From the sequence record NC_070936.1: a stretch of 64,000 nucleotides of DNA. One strand, written 5' to 3'. Shown one piece after another: positions 36,573 to 46,347 of the stretch (position 1 is the first letter of the stretch; each line of letters starts with the position of its first letter). Position numbers and translations under genes: made by a program. The notes below the pieces were generated by a model. That model searched no databases and was not told the origin of the DNA. It saw only the letters and a list, made by a program, of their open reading frames with translations.

Positions 36573-38681
36573 ATGAGCAATAAACATAACCAAATAAAAT
36601 CGAATACTGCTGGCCTAGCCATCGGTATGAACCCAAACCGTGCAACTAACTCCTCTGCACGTTTATATATGCTTGGTAAGAACCAAGGTAAAGCTGCCGT
36701 TATCTGGGGTTCTACTAACCGCAAATATTCCTCTGGTGATGAACAAGAATATGCACGAACTGCTCGTAAGGTACAAACTCTCTCTGATGTGGAAGTCGAA
36801 GAGGTTCTGTTTGTACGCGACATCATCAATGACAAAGAACCTAGTATGTGGGGAACGTACTATGTAATCGTGAAGGATCTGGAAACTGGTTTCTATGATC
36901 TCATTGAGATGCCTAAGTTCAATGCTCAAAATATGGACCTTGGGTTCGAGTATCATTATGATAATGACCTGATGCGTCAATTGACCAAAGGTGCACGATT
37001 CCGTAAAGGTACGGTATTCGCAACCAGTGCTCGTATTACTGAGTCCAATGAATGGTGTCCTGGTGTTGAGACTAAAGTAGCTGCAATGTCTCACCCATAT
37101 ACCGAAGAGGATGCGGTATTCATCTTTGAGCATTATGCCAAGAAGATCGGTGTTACATTTAAACGTGGTCTTGAGTTCCAATGGAACGAAGAAGAATATG
37201 TGATGCTGAATCTCTATGGTACTGTTGATAACCATCAAGGTTTCCCACTGTCTGGTGAGAAAGTTCGTAGTGATGGTATTGTAATGGGTTTCCGTCGTAA
37301 AGATCCCGATGCAGCAATGGCTGGTTTAACCAAAGCGGCGTTAATGAATCCGGATCCGATTTATGACCACCTGTTCTATGCATCTCCGAACTGTGTTGTT
37401 GCGGATATCAAAGTTGAGACAGAACGTTATAAGAATCTGTCCAACAACAAGCGTGCTGAAAAACGTAGTCAACCCCATACCAGACTGCTGGAGAAACTGG
37501 AAGAAGAACAAAACAGTTTTGCAAATAGTATCGTTAGCTGGTATCGTTCTAAGCAGAAACAGTATATCGATAAGAAACCACCTCTTACTCGTGAACTGTG
37601 GAACTTCATTACCTTCATGGGTGCCGGTCAGATTACTCGTGACTTCACCACTCCAACATCCAACGGTAAGTTTACTAAGATCAAACGTAAGCTGGGTAAC
37701 ATCCAGTTGAAAGATTGGCGTATCCAGATTAACCTACGTGAAGATGTAGAAGGTCAGGTCCGATTTAAGAATACCGGTATGGATGGTAACAAATCTGTTA
37801 TCATGAAGATTCTACCATCTGAATGCGCTCCGGTAGATGATCATGGTATCATGGCAGATATGGTAGTTGGTAACACTCCTGGCTATCGTCGTCAGATTTT
37901 CAACTCCTTCATGGAATTGGATATCAACTTTGTCAACATTCATCTCTATCCAGAAATCGTTAAGGCATATAAAGCTAAAGACTTCAAAAAGGCTTGGCAG
38001 ATTGCTCGTGATTTCTATGAAACGGTTTCCCCAGACCAAGGTGCAATGGCTGATCTATTCACACCAGAAGAACGAATGGCTCATCTCGACTGGATCATGA
38101 AAGATGAGAATGAGTTCTCTGCTCTAGGTAATAACACCGATGATGTACAGGGTGTTAAAATCATTGAGCGTCTGGCTGATAAGTATCCGTATATTCAACC
38201 TACACCGGTTACCTGGATTAATGAATGGGGCGAGAAGAAACGTAGTCGACATCCTATCGTGATTAGTAGTGTCTATTATATCATGTTGGATAAGTTCGGT
38301 GACGATATCTCTTGTCAGTCTACTCCGAAGCTGAATATCTTTGGGTTGCCGACATCGTTATCTAAACATGAACGTGCTCGCGATTTCTATCGTGCAACAC
38401 TTAACCGAAATGTGGGTGAAACTGAAGGACGACTTTATATTAACCAGAAAGGCGGTGCTGCTGCAGTACGAGTACTTGCACTTGCCAATAGCGCTGAATT
38501 GCTTGAAGAGGCCGTGCGCCGTTTAATCCGTGCACCTAACCCATTCACAATTGAACGCTTAGTTCTGCCTGGTGAAGAGAAGAAGAACCATTCTCTCCAG
38601 GTAATTGATAACATGCTCTCTGACTTTGGTTTAGGATTTAGGAAAGAAAATGAAAACGATAAAGCTGCGCGAGTTCGCTAA
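36573..38681 (+). CDS. Non-virion RNAP beta C-terminal subunit (phiKZ gp71-73-like), uninterrupted
   Basis: SSARLYM, GVETKVA....P...EDA, GNKSVI, YYIMLDK, NVGETEGR. Confidence 0.9.
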   Translation: MSNKHNQIKSNTAGLAIGMNPNRATNSSARLYMLGKNQGKAAVIWGSTNRKYSSGDEQEYARTARKVQTLSDVEVEEVLFVRDIINDKEPSMWGTYYVIVKDLETGFYDLIEMPKFNAQNMDLGFEYHYDNDLMRQLTKGARFRKGTVFATSARITESNEWCPGVETKVAAMSHPYTEEDAVFIFEHYAKKIGVTFKRGLEFQWNEEEYVMLNLYGTVDNHQGFPLSGEKVRSDGIVMGFRRKDPDAAMAGLTKAALMNPDPIYDHLFYASPNCVVADIKVETERYKNLSNNKRAEKRSQPHTRLLEKLEEEQNSFANSIVSWYRSKQKQYIDKKPPLTRELWNFITFMGAGQITRDFTTPTSNGKFTKIKRKLGNIQLKDWRIQINLREDVEGQVRFKNTGMDGNKSVIMKILPSECAPVDDHGIMADMVVGNTPGYRRQIFNSFMELDINFVNIHLYPEIVKAYKAKDFKKAWQIARDFYETVSPDQGAMADLFTPEERMAHLDWIMKDENEFSALGNNTDDVQGVKIIERLADKYPYIQPTPVTWINEWGEKKRSRHPIVISSVYYIMLDKFGDDISCQSTPKLNIFGLPTSLSKHERARDFYRATLNRNVGETEGRLYINQKGGAAAVRVLALANSAELLEEAVRRLIRAPNPFTIERLVLPGEEKKNHSLQVIDNMLSDFGLGFRKENENDKAARVR

Positions 38682-40671
38682 TCTGTCTCTAATCTCCATG
38701 CTTCAATTTACTGAACGTCGTTTCAAGGTTGAAGTTCTGGATGATGTAGGCGAAAAGATCGTGACTGATAGTTGGATGTTAGGTCTTTCCTGGTTTAGTT
38801 TGATTGTTCATCGACACTTCAATGACGAACCTTATCATGTTGATGAATTAGCGGTACTGGTGGCTCCTAAGGGCCGCCAAGCATTTATCGATGATGATAC
38901 GCTTAAGGAACCCATTGATGCGTTCCTGGGTCGTTTGATGCCCAAGTATGATGATCCAGTGTTCTATGATTTCATCAAGCAATTGGTATTCACCTGGCAT
39001 AACCAAGTTCACAACTATATGGCTGTGATCTCTGAAACAGGTGTGGTATCTGCACGTGCGATGGACGTAGTACATTGTTATCGTCACCCTCCGGTAGCCG
39101 ATTTGAAGAAACGAGTTCGGGAAGGTAAGACTAATCTGGCAGATGCTGCTAAAGAGTTCGAAAAGATCATGATGGAAGATCCGGCTTTCGATAAGTCCGT
39201 CTTCGGTCTGTTGTATCGTACTCGTGCGGTTAACCCGACTCAGTCTTTCCAACTGGTAATTGCTCGTGGTGACGTATTCGACTTGAACAACGTAATCTTG
39301 CCGAATACCGTAATGACTTCTTATGCAGATGGCATTACAAACCTGGCTGACTCCTTAGGTGACTCCAAAGGTGCTGGCTTCTCTCTGATCAGTAATGGCT
39401 CTGCGCTACAGGACTCTGAATGGTTCCATAAAAAGATCCATAACGTGTCTCAGGTAGTGCAAGGTATTCGTTATCAATCTGATTGTGGTTCTACAACAGG
39501 TCCGGTACTGAAGATCATCTCCAGAGATTTCAAAATGTCTTTGGCTGGTCGTTATCGTATTAATGACGATGGGACTACAACTCTCTTAACTTATGATGAG
39601 TTGAAGAAGATCGAAACTGGTGACATCATCCGTATTCGTGATGTTGCCTGGTGTAAAGATTCGGGGCATGATGGTAAGCCTTGTTCTGTATGTTTCGGTA
39701 AAATGGAATCTGCACTTCCGTATAATCCATATACTAAGAAGTCTGCAGTCCCTGGTCTGTTCTATGGTTCTACCTTTGCGGAACCTATCGGTCAGTCCAT
39801 TCTGAAAACTAAACACCGTATCGGTTCCGCAACTGCAAAAGGCTTTGTGGTTCAACGTCAGGATGTTGACTATATCACTACAGATGAATCTGGAGACTTC
39901 ATCTATTTCAACAAAGGAATCCTCAACGAAGAAGCTGATCCGTATATCATCCTGGATAAAGAAACCCAGCAGGACTTCTCTGACTTCCAGTTCATGGATA
40001 ACATTGAAGATCTTGATGTGTCTCGTCTGCGTACTTATGAATCCATCAAACTTCGTGTTAACATTGTAAACCCGATGTTCGATAATCGTAAAGCAGTTCA
40101 TTATCCAATCGTGATCACTACGGTGGCTTCCCGTGATGCTCGTATGACAAAGCCGTTCATTGAGTATCTGTTAAGCAAACCAATGGAAGAAGAAGGTCGT
40201 ACATTTAAGATCAGTCTTAAAGACTTCAACTTCAAAGAACCAGCATTCGAACTACCACTGGTAAACGAAGACCTCGATGCTTATCGTAAACGTGTTGAAA
40301 CATTCCTGAAGTTCCCGAATATCAATCGTCGTTGGGATGTCAAAGTAACTCCTGAGTTGCATGGCGAAACCATGATTGCATTCTGGAAGGTAGTGGATGA
40401 GAAGTATAAAGGTGCGAATAGTATTATGCACTCTATCTTCTTGTGGGCATGTATGGCACGAGATCCTGAACATCTGGATTTTGGTATTCCAATTGGCGAC
40501 GAACCACGTAACTTCATTAGTCTGCATGATGCGGTACTGAGTCGTGGTTTGGGTAATACCTTGCTGTATGGTTGGCAGGGTAGTGCGTTGCTGGGTAGTC
40601 CGATCAACTTCTTGATCAAGAATCGACAGGGTGGGGCTCTAGAAGCATTCTGTCATCCAATCACACGTTAA
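38650..40671 (+). CDS. Non-virion RNAP beta-prime C-terminal subunit (phiKZ gp74-like)
   Basis: LQDSEWFHKK, DCGS, Zn site WCK...CSVCFG, EPIGQSILKTKH. Confidence 0.9.
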   Translation: MKTIKLREFANLSLISMLQFTERRFKVEVLDDVGEKIVTDSWMLGLSWFSLIVHRHFNDEPYHVDELAVLVAPKGRQAFIDDDTLKEPIDAFLGRLMPKYDDPVFYDFIKQLVFTWHNQVHNYMAVISETGVVSARAMDVVHCYRHPPVADLKKRVREGKTNLADAAKEFEKIMMEDPAFDKSVFGLLYRTRAVNPTQSFQLVIARGDVFDLNNVILPNTVMTSYADGITNLADSLGDSKGAGFSLISNGSALQDSEWFHKKIHNVSQVVQGIRYQSDCGSTTGPVLKIISRDFKMSLAGRYRINDDGTTTLLTYDELKKIETGDIIRIRDVAWCKDSGHDGKPCSVCFGKMESALPYNPYTKKSAVPGLFYGSTFAEPIGQSILKTKHRIGSATAKGFVVQRQDVDYITTDESGDFIYFNKGILNEEADPYIILDKETQQDFSDFQFMDNIEDLDVSRLRTYESIKLRVNIVNPMFDNRKAVHYPIVITTVASRDARMTKPFIEYLLSKPMEEEGRTFKISLKDFNFKEPAFELPLVNEDLDAYRKRVETFLKFPNINRRWDVKVTPELHGETMIAFWKVVDEKYKGANSIMHSIFLWACMARDPEHLDFGIPIGDEPRNFISLHDAVLSRGLGNTLLYGWQGSALLGSPINFLIKNRQGGALEAFCHPITR

Positions 40672-40708
40672 CGAAAAGGACAAGGATGTCCTTATAAAGG
40701 AATTAAAC

Positions 40709-41008
40709 ATGCAAACTTTATCTTTGGATTACATGGCTGAAACCGCGGTACCTGAAAATATCGATCACCTTTCCATTACTGTGATCCGCTATACCAATAA
40801 GATCCTGGGTGTAGAGGAAACGTTTGAACCAATCCCTGATAACAAGTTTGCATGGGAGAAACCTTTACCTGGATCAGAATACTATTTGGGATTCCTGAAT
40901 ACAGGACGTGGCGGGATCATCGAGATCCGTTATCATAAAGCACAAAACTTTATGATGGTCCGTGGTCCTATTCGTACTGATATTACTTTTGAATTAGTGG
41001 GTGAATAA
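40709..41008 (+). CDS. Small beta-rich hypothetical protein
   Basis: aaggaa RBS. Confidence 0.7.
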   Translation: MQTLSLDYMAETAVPENIDHLSITVIRYTNKILGVEETFEPIPDNKFAWEKPLPGSEYYLGFLNTGRGGIIEIRYHKAQNFMMVRGPIRTDITFELVGE

Positions 41009-41310
41009 TGACAACTGAAGTTCATACGCTTACACTGAAAGTAGGTGAAGAAGTCAAAGTGCCTGATCGTGGTCCTTTCGCAAGCTTCCCTAAATTGCGG
41101 GTAACCGGCGTGACCAAAGATGGTGTAACTCACGCAACCGAATACTGGCCAACTAACAACAGTATTCCAAGTAACCTCCATACTAAAACCATTCGTCTGT
41201 TGAACCTTCAGTGGAACGGCATCGTAGTTCAGGGTGAATATGACGACAGTTCCAAATTGGTTAAAATTACCAAAGGGAACGTTGATTCGGTAACGATCGA
41301 AATCCGGTAA
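41008..41310 (+). CDS. Small beta-rich hypothetical protein, possible paralog of previous
   Basis: TAATG coupling; similar N- and C-terminal strand patterns. Confidence 0.7.
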   Translation: MTTEVHTLTLKVGEEVKVPDRGPFASFPKLRVTGVTKDGVTHATEYWPTNNSIPSNLHTKTIRLLNLQWNGIVVQGEYDDSSKLVKITKGNVDSVTIEIR

Positions 41311-41357
41311 CCTTTATAGTATGATAACTAACTATCATACTTTATTAAGGCACTACT

Positions 41358-41588
41358 ATGATTACCAAGATCCAGGACATGAAACCAGGGGAATACTTTA
41401 AAGTAGACTCTAATGAAGGCGGGTGTAAGAAAGCACCATGTACTCGTCGCATTTTAGCTATCGGTGAAACATCAGTAGCTTCCGATCTTAAAGAAGATCA
41501 AGGTTTCTATTTCCGTTTGAAAATGGAAAACTATTTAGGGACGATTAAAACACCTAACGGTATGGTTGTACATCAGTTCAGTAAATAA
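41358..41588 (+). CDS. Hypothetical protein
   Basis: aagg RBS, followed by terminator. Confidence 0.65.
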   Translation: MITKIQDMKPGEYFKVDSNEGGCKKAPCTRRILAIGETSVASDLKEDQGFYFRLKMENYLGTIKTPNGMVVHQFSK

Positions 41589-41590
41589 GC

Positions 41591-41626
41591 TATTACTCAC
41601 CTTCCTTAATTGGAGGGTGGGTAATA
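41591..41626 (+). terminator. Stem-loop terminator
   Basis: tattactcaccttcc-ttaatt-ggagggtgggtaata. Confidence 0.7.
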
Positions 41627-41636
41627 AATTTTTAAG

Positions 41637-41653
41637 TAGATATTATTTATAGG
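41637..41653 (+). promoter_or_regulatory. Putative promoter
   Basis: tagatattatttatagg. Confidence 0.5.
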
Positions 41654-41661
41654 AGTTAGAC

Positions 41662-41931
41662 ATGCAGGTTATTAAAATTGTAAACGGTGAAACTACTGTC
41701 GTTGGAGATTCAAAGTTCACTCACGGCTATTTGGCCAGTGTCACGTTAGAAGATGGTGAACGTCGCACTTATCATAAGCCAACCTACCCTGGTGAGTATG
41801 ATTGGAAAACCGCAGCAAACATCAATTACAATTATGATGGCATGTTGTTGAATCTCAAATTCATTATTGAAGAGAAATCCATCAAAGGTGGTGGATACGG
41901 CTGGAAAGAATGTGAGTTCGTCGTATTCTAA
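41662..41931 (+). CDS. Hypothetical protein, monocistronic unit
   Basis: aggag RBS; own promoter and UUCG terminator. Confidence 0.7.
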   Translation: MQVIKIVNGETTVVGDSKFTHGYLASVTLEDGERRTYHKPTYPGEYDWKTAANINYNYDGMLLNLKFIIEEKSIKGGGYGWKECEFVVF

Positions 41932-41940
41932 TATCTGGGT

Positions 41941-41961
41941 GGGAGACTTCGGTCTCCCTTT
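41941..41961 (+). terminator. Intrinsic terminator (UUCG loop)
   Basis: gggagac-ttcg-gtctccc-ttt. Confidence 0.75.
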
Positions 41962-42088
41962 ATGTGTACCAAAAGGAGGAGGTATTTATAAATACTACGA
42001 GGTCAATATATTAGAGAAAACCATATTTTGTGCTATAACCCTCACGGGTAAAGGGTTGGTGCTCTAATAGTTGAAGAAGGGTTAAGTT

Positions 42089-43633
42089 ATGCGTAGAACA
42101 TTAGTTGTTCATAAAGCGAGCACATATGTTCGTTTGACTGACTTTAAACCTGAACTCGTGCAGCAAATATTACGTCCTTTTTGTGCTCGTAACTTTTATA
42201 GGGTTCAGAAGGTCCCCATACCCGGCGGTGGACCTAATGCATTCAAAAAGGAAGTGAGTCATGTATTTGCTCGGTTTAATGAAGATAAGAGCGAGTTAAG
42301 GTTTAATGCTGAAAAGCTACCTGATCTTATTAAGTTCATGGAAGAACACGGGTATAGTAAATCTCGTATCCAGGTTTTAGAAGAAGCAGTTATCGATGCA
42401 GCTCCGGCTAACTTGAAACTGAAAGATCCTAAAATCAAACCAAGGAATGAGATTCAGGAAGAATACACTGCATTTATGGGTGGGCCAAAACCTTTAGTTG
42501 TTAACAATATGGGTACTGGTCAAGGTAAAACTTTCTGTGCTATCTGGACAGCGGTACAACTTGGTAAGCGTGTATTGATTACTGTGTTACCTCGTTATGT
42601 CGATATCTGGATTAAAGCATTTGGTGAGTTCCTAGATATCCATCCAACTGACATTTTGGTGGCTGATACATTTGGTGTTGAGAAATTACACCAGACCATG
42701 AAAGATGGATTAATTAACCCGTCAATCATTATTCTGCCGTTAACCAAAATAGATGTGTATATAAAACGTATGAAGGAAGATCCGTCTCTTCCTGGATTGG
42801 ATGAAGTATTCCATGACATGCGTTGTGGTGTGAGAATCATTGATGAAGCACATGAATCGATTTACTCGGTTTATATGTCATTGATGTTTGGGAACCACCA
42901 GAAGACAATGGCATTGTCAGCAACCTTGAAAGGTGATGATGATTTCATTAACTCTATCTATGGACAGATATTCCCAGCTCATTGTTATTTGCGACCACCT
43001 GAGTACACTAAGTATATTCATGTTATCGCTTATAGTCACCGGATGGATGTAAACAAATACCGAATCAATGCTAAAGGGTTTGGTGGTTATTCTCATGTGA
43101 AGTTTGAACAGGGGATAATGAAAAGGAGCTTCGTCTTTGAAGAGTATTACAAAATGCTCAAAGAGGCGTTCGTCACATATTACATGGATACGTATCGAGA
43201 AGGGCAAAAGGCTATGTGGTTCTTTGCAACTATCGAAATGTGTGACTTGTTCCTTAGACGACTTAAACAGGATTATCCTGATTTGGATGCAATCGTATTC
43301 ACAGGTGAGCAGAGTAGTAAGAAGGAAACTAAAACGGCCTATCGTGAGCACCAGGTGGTTATTACAACTCCAGGGTCTTGTGGTACTGGTAAGGACATTC
43401 CTCAGCTCTACATTGTGTTTAGCCCCATTTCTGTGAGTTCTTCACAGCGTAATGATCAGATGGTTGGACGTACTCGACCTATCGATAAATGGTGGCCGGA
43501 TTTGGACCCGATCTTCCTGTACTTCGTTTGTCCAGATATACCTAAGCAAGTAGACTATCACCGTAAACGTAGAACCATCTTTGATAAGAAGATGAAGAAG
43601 TTCACGCTGATTGACTCTGGTTCACGTATTTAA
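42089..43633 (+). CDS. SF2 DEAD/DEAH-like helicase (phiKZ gp75-like)
   Basis: Walker A GTGQGKT, Walker B IIDEAH, motif III SAT, GTGKDIP, QMVGR. Confidence 0.92.
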   Translation: MRRTLVVHKASTYVRLTDFKPELVQQILRPFCARNFYRVQKVPIPGGGPNAFKKEVSHVFARFNEDKSELRFNAEKLPDLIKFMEEHGYSKSRIQVLEEAVIDAAPANLKLKDPKIKPRNEIQEEYTAFMGGPKPLVVNNMGTGQGKTFCAIWTAVQLGKRVLITVLPRYVDIWIKAFGEFLDIHPTDILVADTFGVEKLHQTMKDGLINPSIIILPLTKIDVYIKRMKEDPSLPGLDEVFHDMRCGVRIIDEAHESIYSVYMSLMFGNHQKTMALSATLKGDDDFINSIYGQIFPAHCYLRPPEYTKYIHVIAYSHRMDVNKYRINAKGFGGYSHVKFEQGIMKRSFVFEEYYKMLKEAFVTYYMDTYREGQKAMWFFATIEMCDLFLRRLKQDYPDLDAIVFTGEQSSKKETKTAYREHQVVITTPGSCGTGKDIPQLYIVFSPISVSSSQRNDQMVGRTRPIDKWWPDLDPIFLYFVCPDIPKQVDYHRKRRTIFDKKMKKFTLIDSGSRI

Positions 43634-43669
43634 TAACTAGGCTCTGGGGACTTTGAGTCCCTGGAGTCT

Positions 43670-44095
43670 ATGTATTTAGTAATGGCGGTGATTATGGAAT
43701 TATTAAGTATCAATATCAGATTACCTGGTATTAATGACACTACTGTTTTAGAAGTAGTGGGTGCGGGTATTATGGTTATGTTTGATAGCCATAAAAAGTT
43801 AGGAACGGAGTTTGAAGATTTCTTAGTCATGGAAGAAGCCAAGTTGACGATGGGTGACCATTGTAGTGACCTGGTGATAGACGATGTTCAATTTGAACGT
43901 GTATTTCAAGCAGCAGACAGTGCGCTTAAAACTGTCCTAGCAGGACAGAGCGAAGATTTAAAATCTCTGGCTCTCCAAGTTAATGGTGTTGAAGATATCA
44001 TGACTATGGAGTATCCAGGAGTTATTAAGATGTACGTAAGGGAGAATCCGGAAGGTGAACAACTTCTTAGATATCGTCTCTTTAACGTTTGTTAA
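43670..44095 (+). CDS. Hypothetical protein
   Basis: 141 aa; start uncertain. Confidence 0.6.
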   Translation: MYLVMAVIMELLSINIRLPGINDTTVLEVVGAGIMVMFDSHKKLGTEFEDFLVMEEAKLTMGDHCSDLVIDDVQFERVFQAADSALKTVLAGQSEDLKSLALQVNGVEDIMTMEYPGVIKMYVRENPEGEQLLRYRLFNVC

Positions 44096-44450
44096 TAATA
44101 AAGTCAATAGTGCTATTTATACCGATCAAACATTCCTGCAGGAAATCATCGTCTTTATATTAGGCGAGCAACTTATGTTGGGACCTACTGATCCTTTTGA
44201 AATTAAAGGACGTATGTTTGACTACCTCTTGCAGGTATTAGATCCGTTAGATAAGCCTGTTGCGGAAACCATCATTACTGAAATTGAGAAACGAGTAGCT
44301 GACTTATCTTCTGAGTTAACTTATCGTTCTTTGTATCTCAGTGGGGAGTGTTTCCTTAAGTATGAATATGAACTTAGACATCGGTTTAGCAAGTTATATG
44401 TCTACACCGATGCCCATGCCTTTAATGATCCCTTCGATCAACCAATTTAA
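44055..44450 (+). CDS. Hypothetical protein
   Basis: GTG start, ggag RBS. Confidence 0.6.
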   Translation: MNNFLDIVSLTFVNNKVNSAIYTDQTFLQEIIVFILGEQLMLGPTDPFEIKGRMFDYLLQVLDPLDKPVAETIITEIEKRVADLSSELTYRSLYLSGECFLKYEYELRHRFSKLYVYTDAHAFNDPFDQPI

Positions 44451-44469
44451 CTTATCTGGAGATTTACAA

Positions 44470-45030
44470 ATGTTACAATCAACTAACGCAGCTGGCATCA
44501 CTGAGAACATGGTTACTTACAAATTCAAAGTACCTGACCTGGCTGACTTGTTTGAAACATTCACCCCTGATCAATCCCATATCGCACTGGAAGGTGCGCT
44601 GAACATTATCTTTGGTCGTGCTCCAGCTCAACTGGCTGCGGTTAAACTGGAAGGCGAAGAAGCTGAGCCAGAACAGACTGAAGAAGAACTGCAACAAGAT
44701 CATGAGACTCAGATCGTGGGTGAAGTTGCATATGCTCTGTATTGCCACCAGATGGGTGCTGAAGCGGCTGCTCTGGTACCGGAAGGTTGTGCTACTGCTT
44801 GGACCATTCCGGATGACTACGAGAACTCTGAGCAGTATCAGCGCATGGAAGAAATGTTCCGTGGTATCGTTAGTCATATTAGTAATCACATTGCTGCAGA
44901 TAAGTTTAACCAGGACGTTATTACTCTCCATGGTGAAATGGAATTCTTCAGCCGTATTGAGTTGTACACCTATAACTACAATACTGATTGCGAAGTTCTG
45001 TCTGTAACTATTGCTGCTATGCTTTCCTAA
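44470..45030 (+). CDS. Acidic hypothetical protein
   Basis: ggag RBS before ATG 44470; high-expression codons. Confidence 0.7.
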   Translation: MLQSTNAAGITENMVTYKFKVPDLADLFETFTPDQSHIALEGALNIIFGRAPAQLAAVKLEGEEAEPEQTEEELQQDHETQIVGEVAYALYCHQMGAEAAALVPEGCATAWTIPDDYENSEQYQRMEEMFRGIVSHISNHIAADKFNQDVITLHGEMEFFSRIELYTYNYNTDCEVLSVTIAAMLS

Positions 45031-45032
45031 TC

Positions 45033-45066
45033 AACTCCTTACCCTTCCTAGTGGAGGGTAAGGGTT
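45033..45066 (+). terminator. Stem-loop terminator
   Basis: aactccttacccttcc-tagt-ggagggtaagggtt. Confidence 0.7.
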
Positions 45067-45097
45067 ATATGTTTATCTTTCTATAGGTCCTTTTCTA

Positions 45098-45553
45098 ATG
45101 TTCAAATATAATAACCCAGCCCATAACGAAGCCGAACTATCTTTCCGCCAGTTAGTGACTCAGCCATTCTTTAAAGATCTTAAACATGACTTTATTCACA
45201 ATTTCAAAAATATGTGTTACCACTCATCTATAGGTAACCTATTTGCCAACCAATACATCAAACCAGATGCCAAAGTACGACTGGTAAGAGAGATTGTTGG
45301 GTGTGACCCTATTTGTAAGATCTCCATGTCCTGGGATCAGGAAGATGAAGTACTTACCCTCATGAACGGTGTTATTATTGAATTGAAAACGGAACGTTTA
45401 AATGCGTCTAAGGCGTTCCTGGCAATGTCTGCCGATAAAGAGCAAATAGGATTTGATATCGAGATCCATGTTCACTTTAAGACCGGGATTAAATCAGTAT
45501 ATAAAGTACCTAATAATAAACTTAAAGAAGCTTTGATTATTGCTTTAGGTTAA
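45098..45553 (+). CDS. Paralog family member A1
   Basis: AELSFRQL..FIHNFKNMCYHSSIGNLF; aligns with 45697-46146. Confidence 0.75.
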   Translation: MFKYNNPAHNEAELSFRQLVTQPFFKDLKHDFIHNFKNMCYHSSIGNLFANQYIKPDAKVRLVREIVGCDPICKISMSWDQEDEVLTLMNGVIIELKTERLNASKAFLAMSADKEQIGFDIEIHVHFKTGIKSVYKVPNNKLKEALIIALG

Positions 45554-45565
45554 TATTTTTATTAT

Positions 45566-45649
45566 ACTCTATTTCTTATATATTGGGGGTAGGGGGTTAA
45601 TTCCGAAGGAAAGTTATATAAACTTAAAGGAACGATAGTGACTTCCTTT
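45566..45649. repeat. Structured intergenic element, copy 2 (copy 1 at 829-911)
   Basis: cttatatattgggggtagggggttaattcc-gaa-ggaaagttatataaa..aaaggaac-gata-gtgacttccttt. Confidence 0.7.
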
Positions 45650-45696
45650 TATGTTATTCTCTTTTAAGTAAACTAATTAAACAAGGAAATATAGAA

Positions 45697-46146
45697 ATGA
45701 ATAAGTTCAATAAAGCAGCTATTAACCGTGCAGAGCAATCTTTCCGTGATCTGTTGAAACTAGATATCATGAAAGATGTTAAGAAACAATTCATTCATGA
45801 CTTCAAGAACCTGTGTCATCATTCTGATGTAGGCAACTTGTTTGATCATTACCTGGTAAGTAAAGTGGGCGATGTTAATCTGGTTTATGCCGCAATCAAT
45901 CAGATTGTTGAATGTGGGGACACTCCATTCATTTCAGAGATCGTAGAGGGTCTGAACGCAGTAGCTATTGAACTGAATCCTGAACGAGCTGGCGTCCGAC
46001 GAGCTTATTTGATGATCTCTGCAGATACTGCACAAATTAAACCAGTTGCTGAAATCCACGTTCATTACTATAGCGTTGGTAAAGTAATTTACCCAGTTAA
46101 AACTGATAACCTGCACAACACTCTGCTACTAGCAATCGGTAAATAA
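45697..46146 (+). CDS. Paralog family member A2
   Basis: AEQSFRDL..FIHDFKNLCHHSDVGNLF; aaggaa RBS. Confidence 0.8.
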   Translation: MNKFNKAAINRAEQSFRDLLKLDIMKDVKKQFIHDFKNLCHHSDVGNLFDHYLVSKVGDVNLVYAAINQIVECGDTPFISEIVEGLNAVAIELNPERAGVRRAYLMISADTAQIKPVAEIHVHYYSVGKVIYPVKTDNLHNTLLLAIGK

Positions 46147-46152
46147 CACATA

Positions 46153-46180
46153 CCTACTCACCCAATTAAGGGTGAGTAGG
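46153..46180 (+). terminator. Stem-loop terminator
   Basis: cctactcaccc-aattaa-gggtgagtagg. Confidence 0.75.
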
Positions 46181-46207
46181 ATTTATATGCTTTCTTTTAT
46201 TTTGTTT

Positions 46208-46244
46208 CAGACCTATATTATTAATATGTGCTTACACATATTAA
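46208..46244 (+). promoter_or_regulatory. Putative promoter overlapped by a 24 bp palindrome
   Basis: cagacctatattattaatatgtg plus ttaatatgtg-ctta-cacatattaa. Confidence 0.65.
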
Positions 46245-46347
46245 GTTAGTATGAAGGCTATGCATATCTTTTTACTACGAAGAGTATTTTAATACTATGT
46301 GTTAGATAAAATGACTAATAATGAAATATTAACAAATAGGAAGCATA

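Noticed and set aside
41972-41984. Strong orphan Shine-Dalgarno aaggaggaggt
   Set aside because: No start codon at a usable distance and no ORF; cannot support a function.
42036-42058. taaccctcac...aaaggg, resembling a T3 promoter; ccctcaccaat also at about 21580 and 53973
   Set aside because: Spacing differs from the T3 consensus, no T7-type RNAP gene is present, and there are too few short copies to exceed chance.
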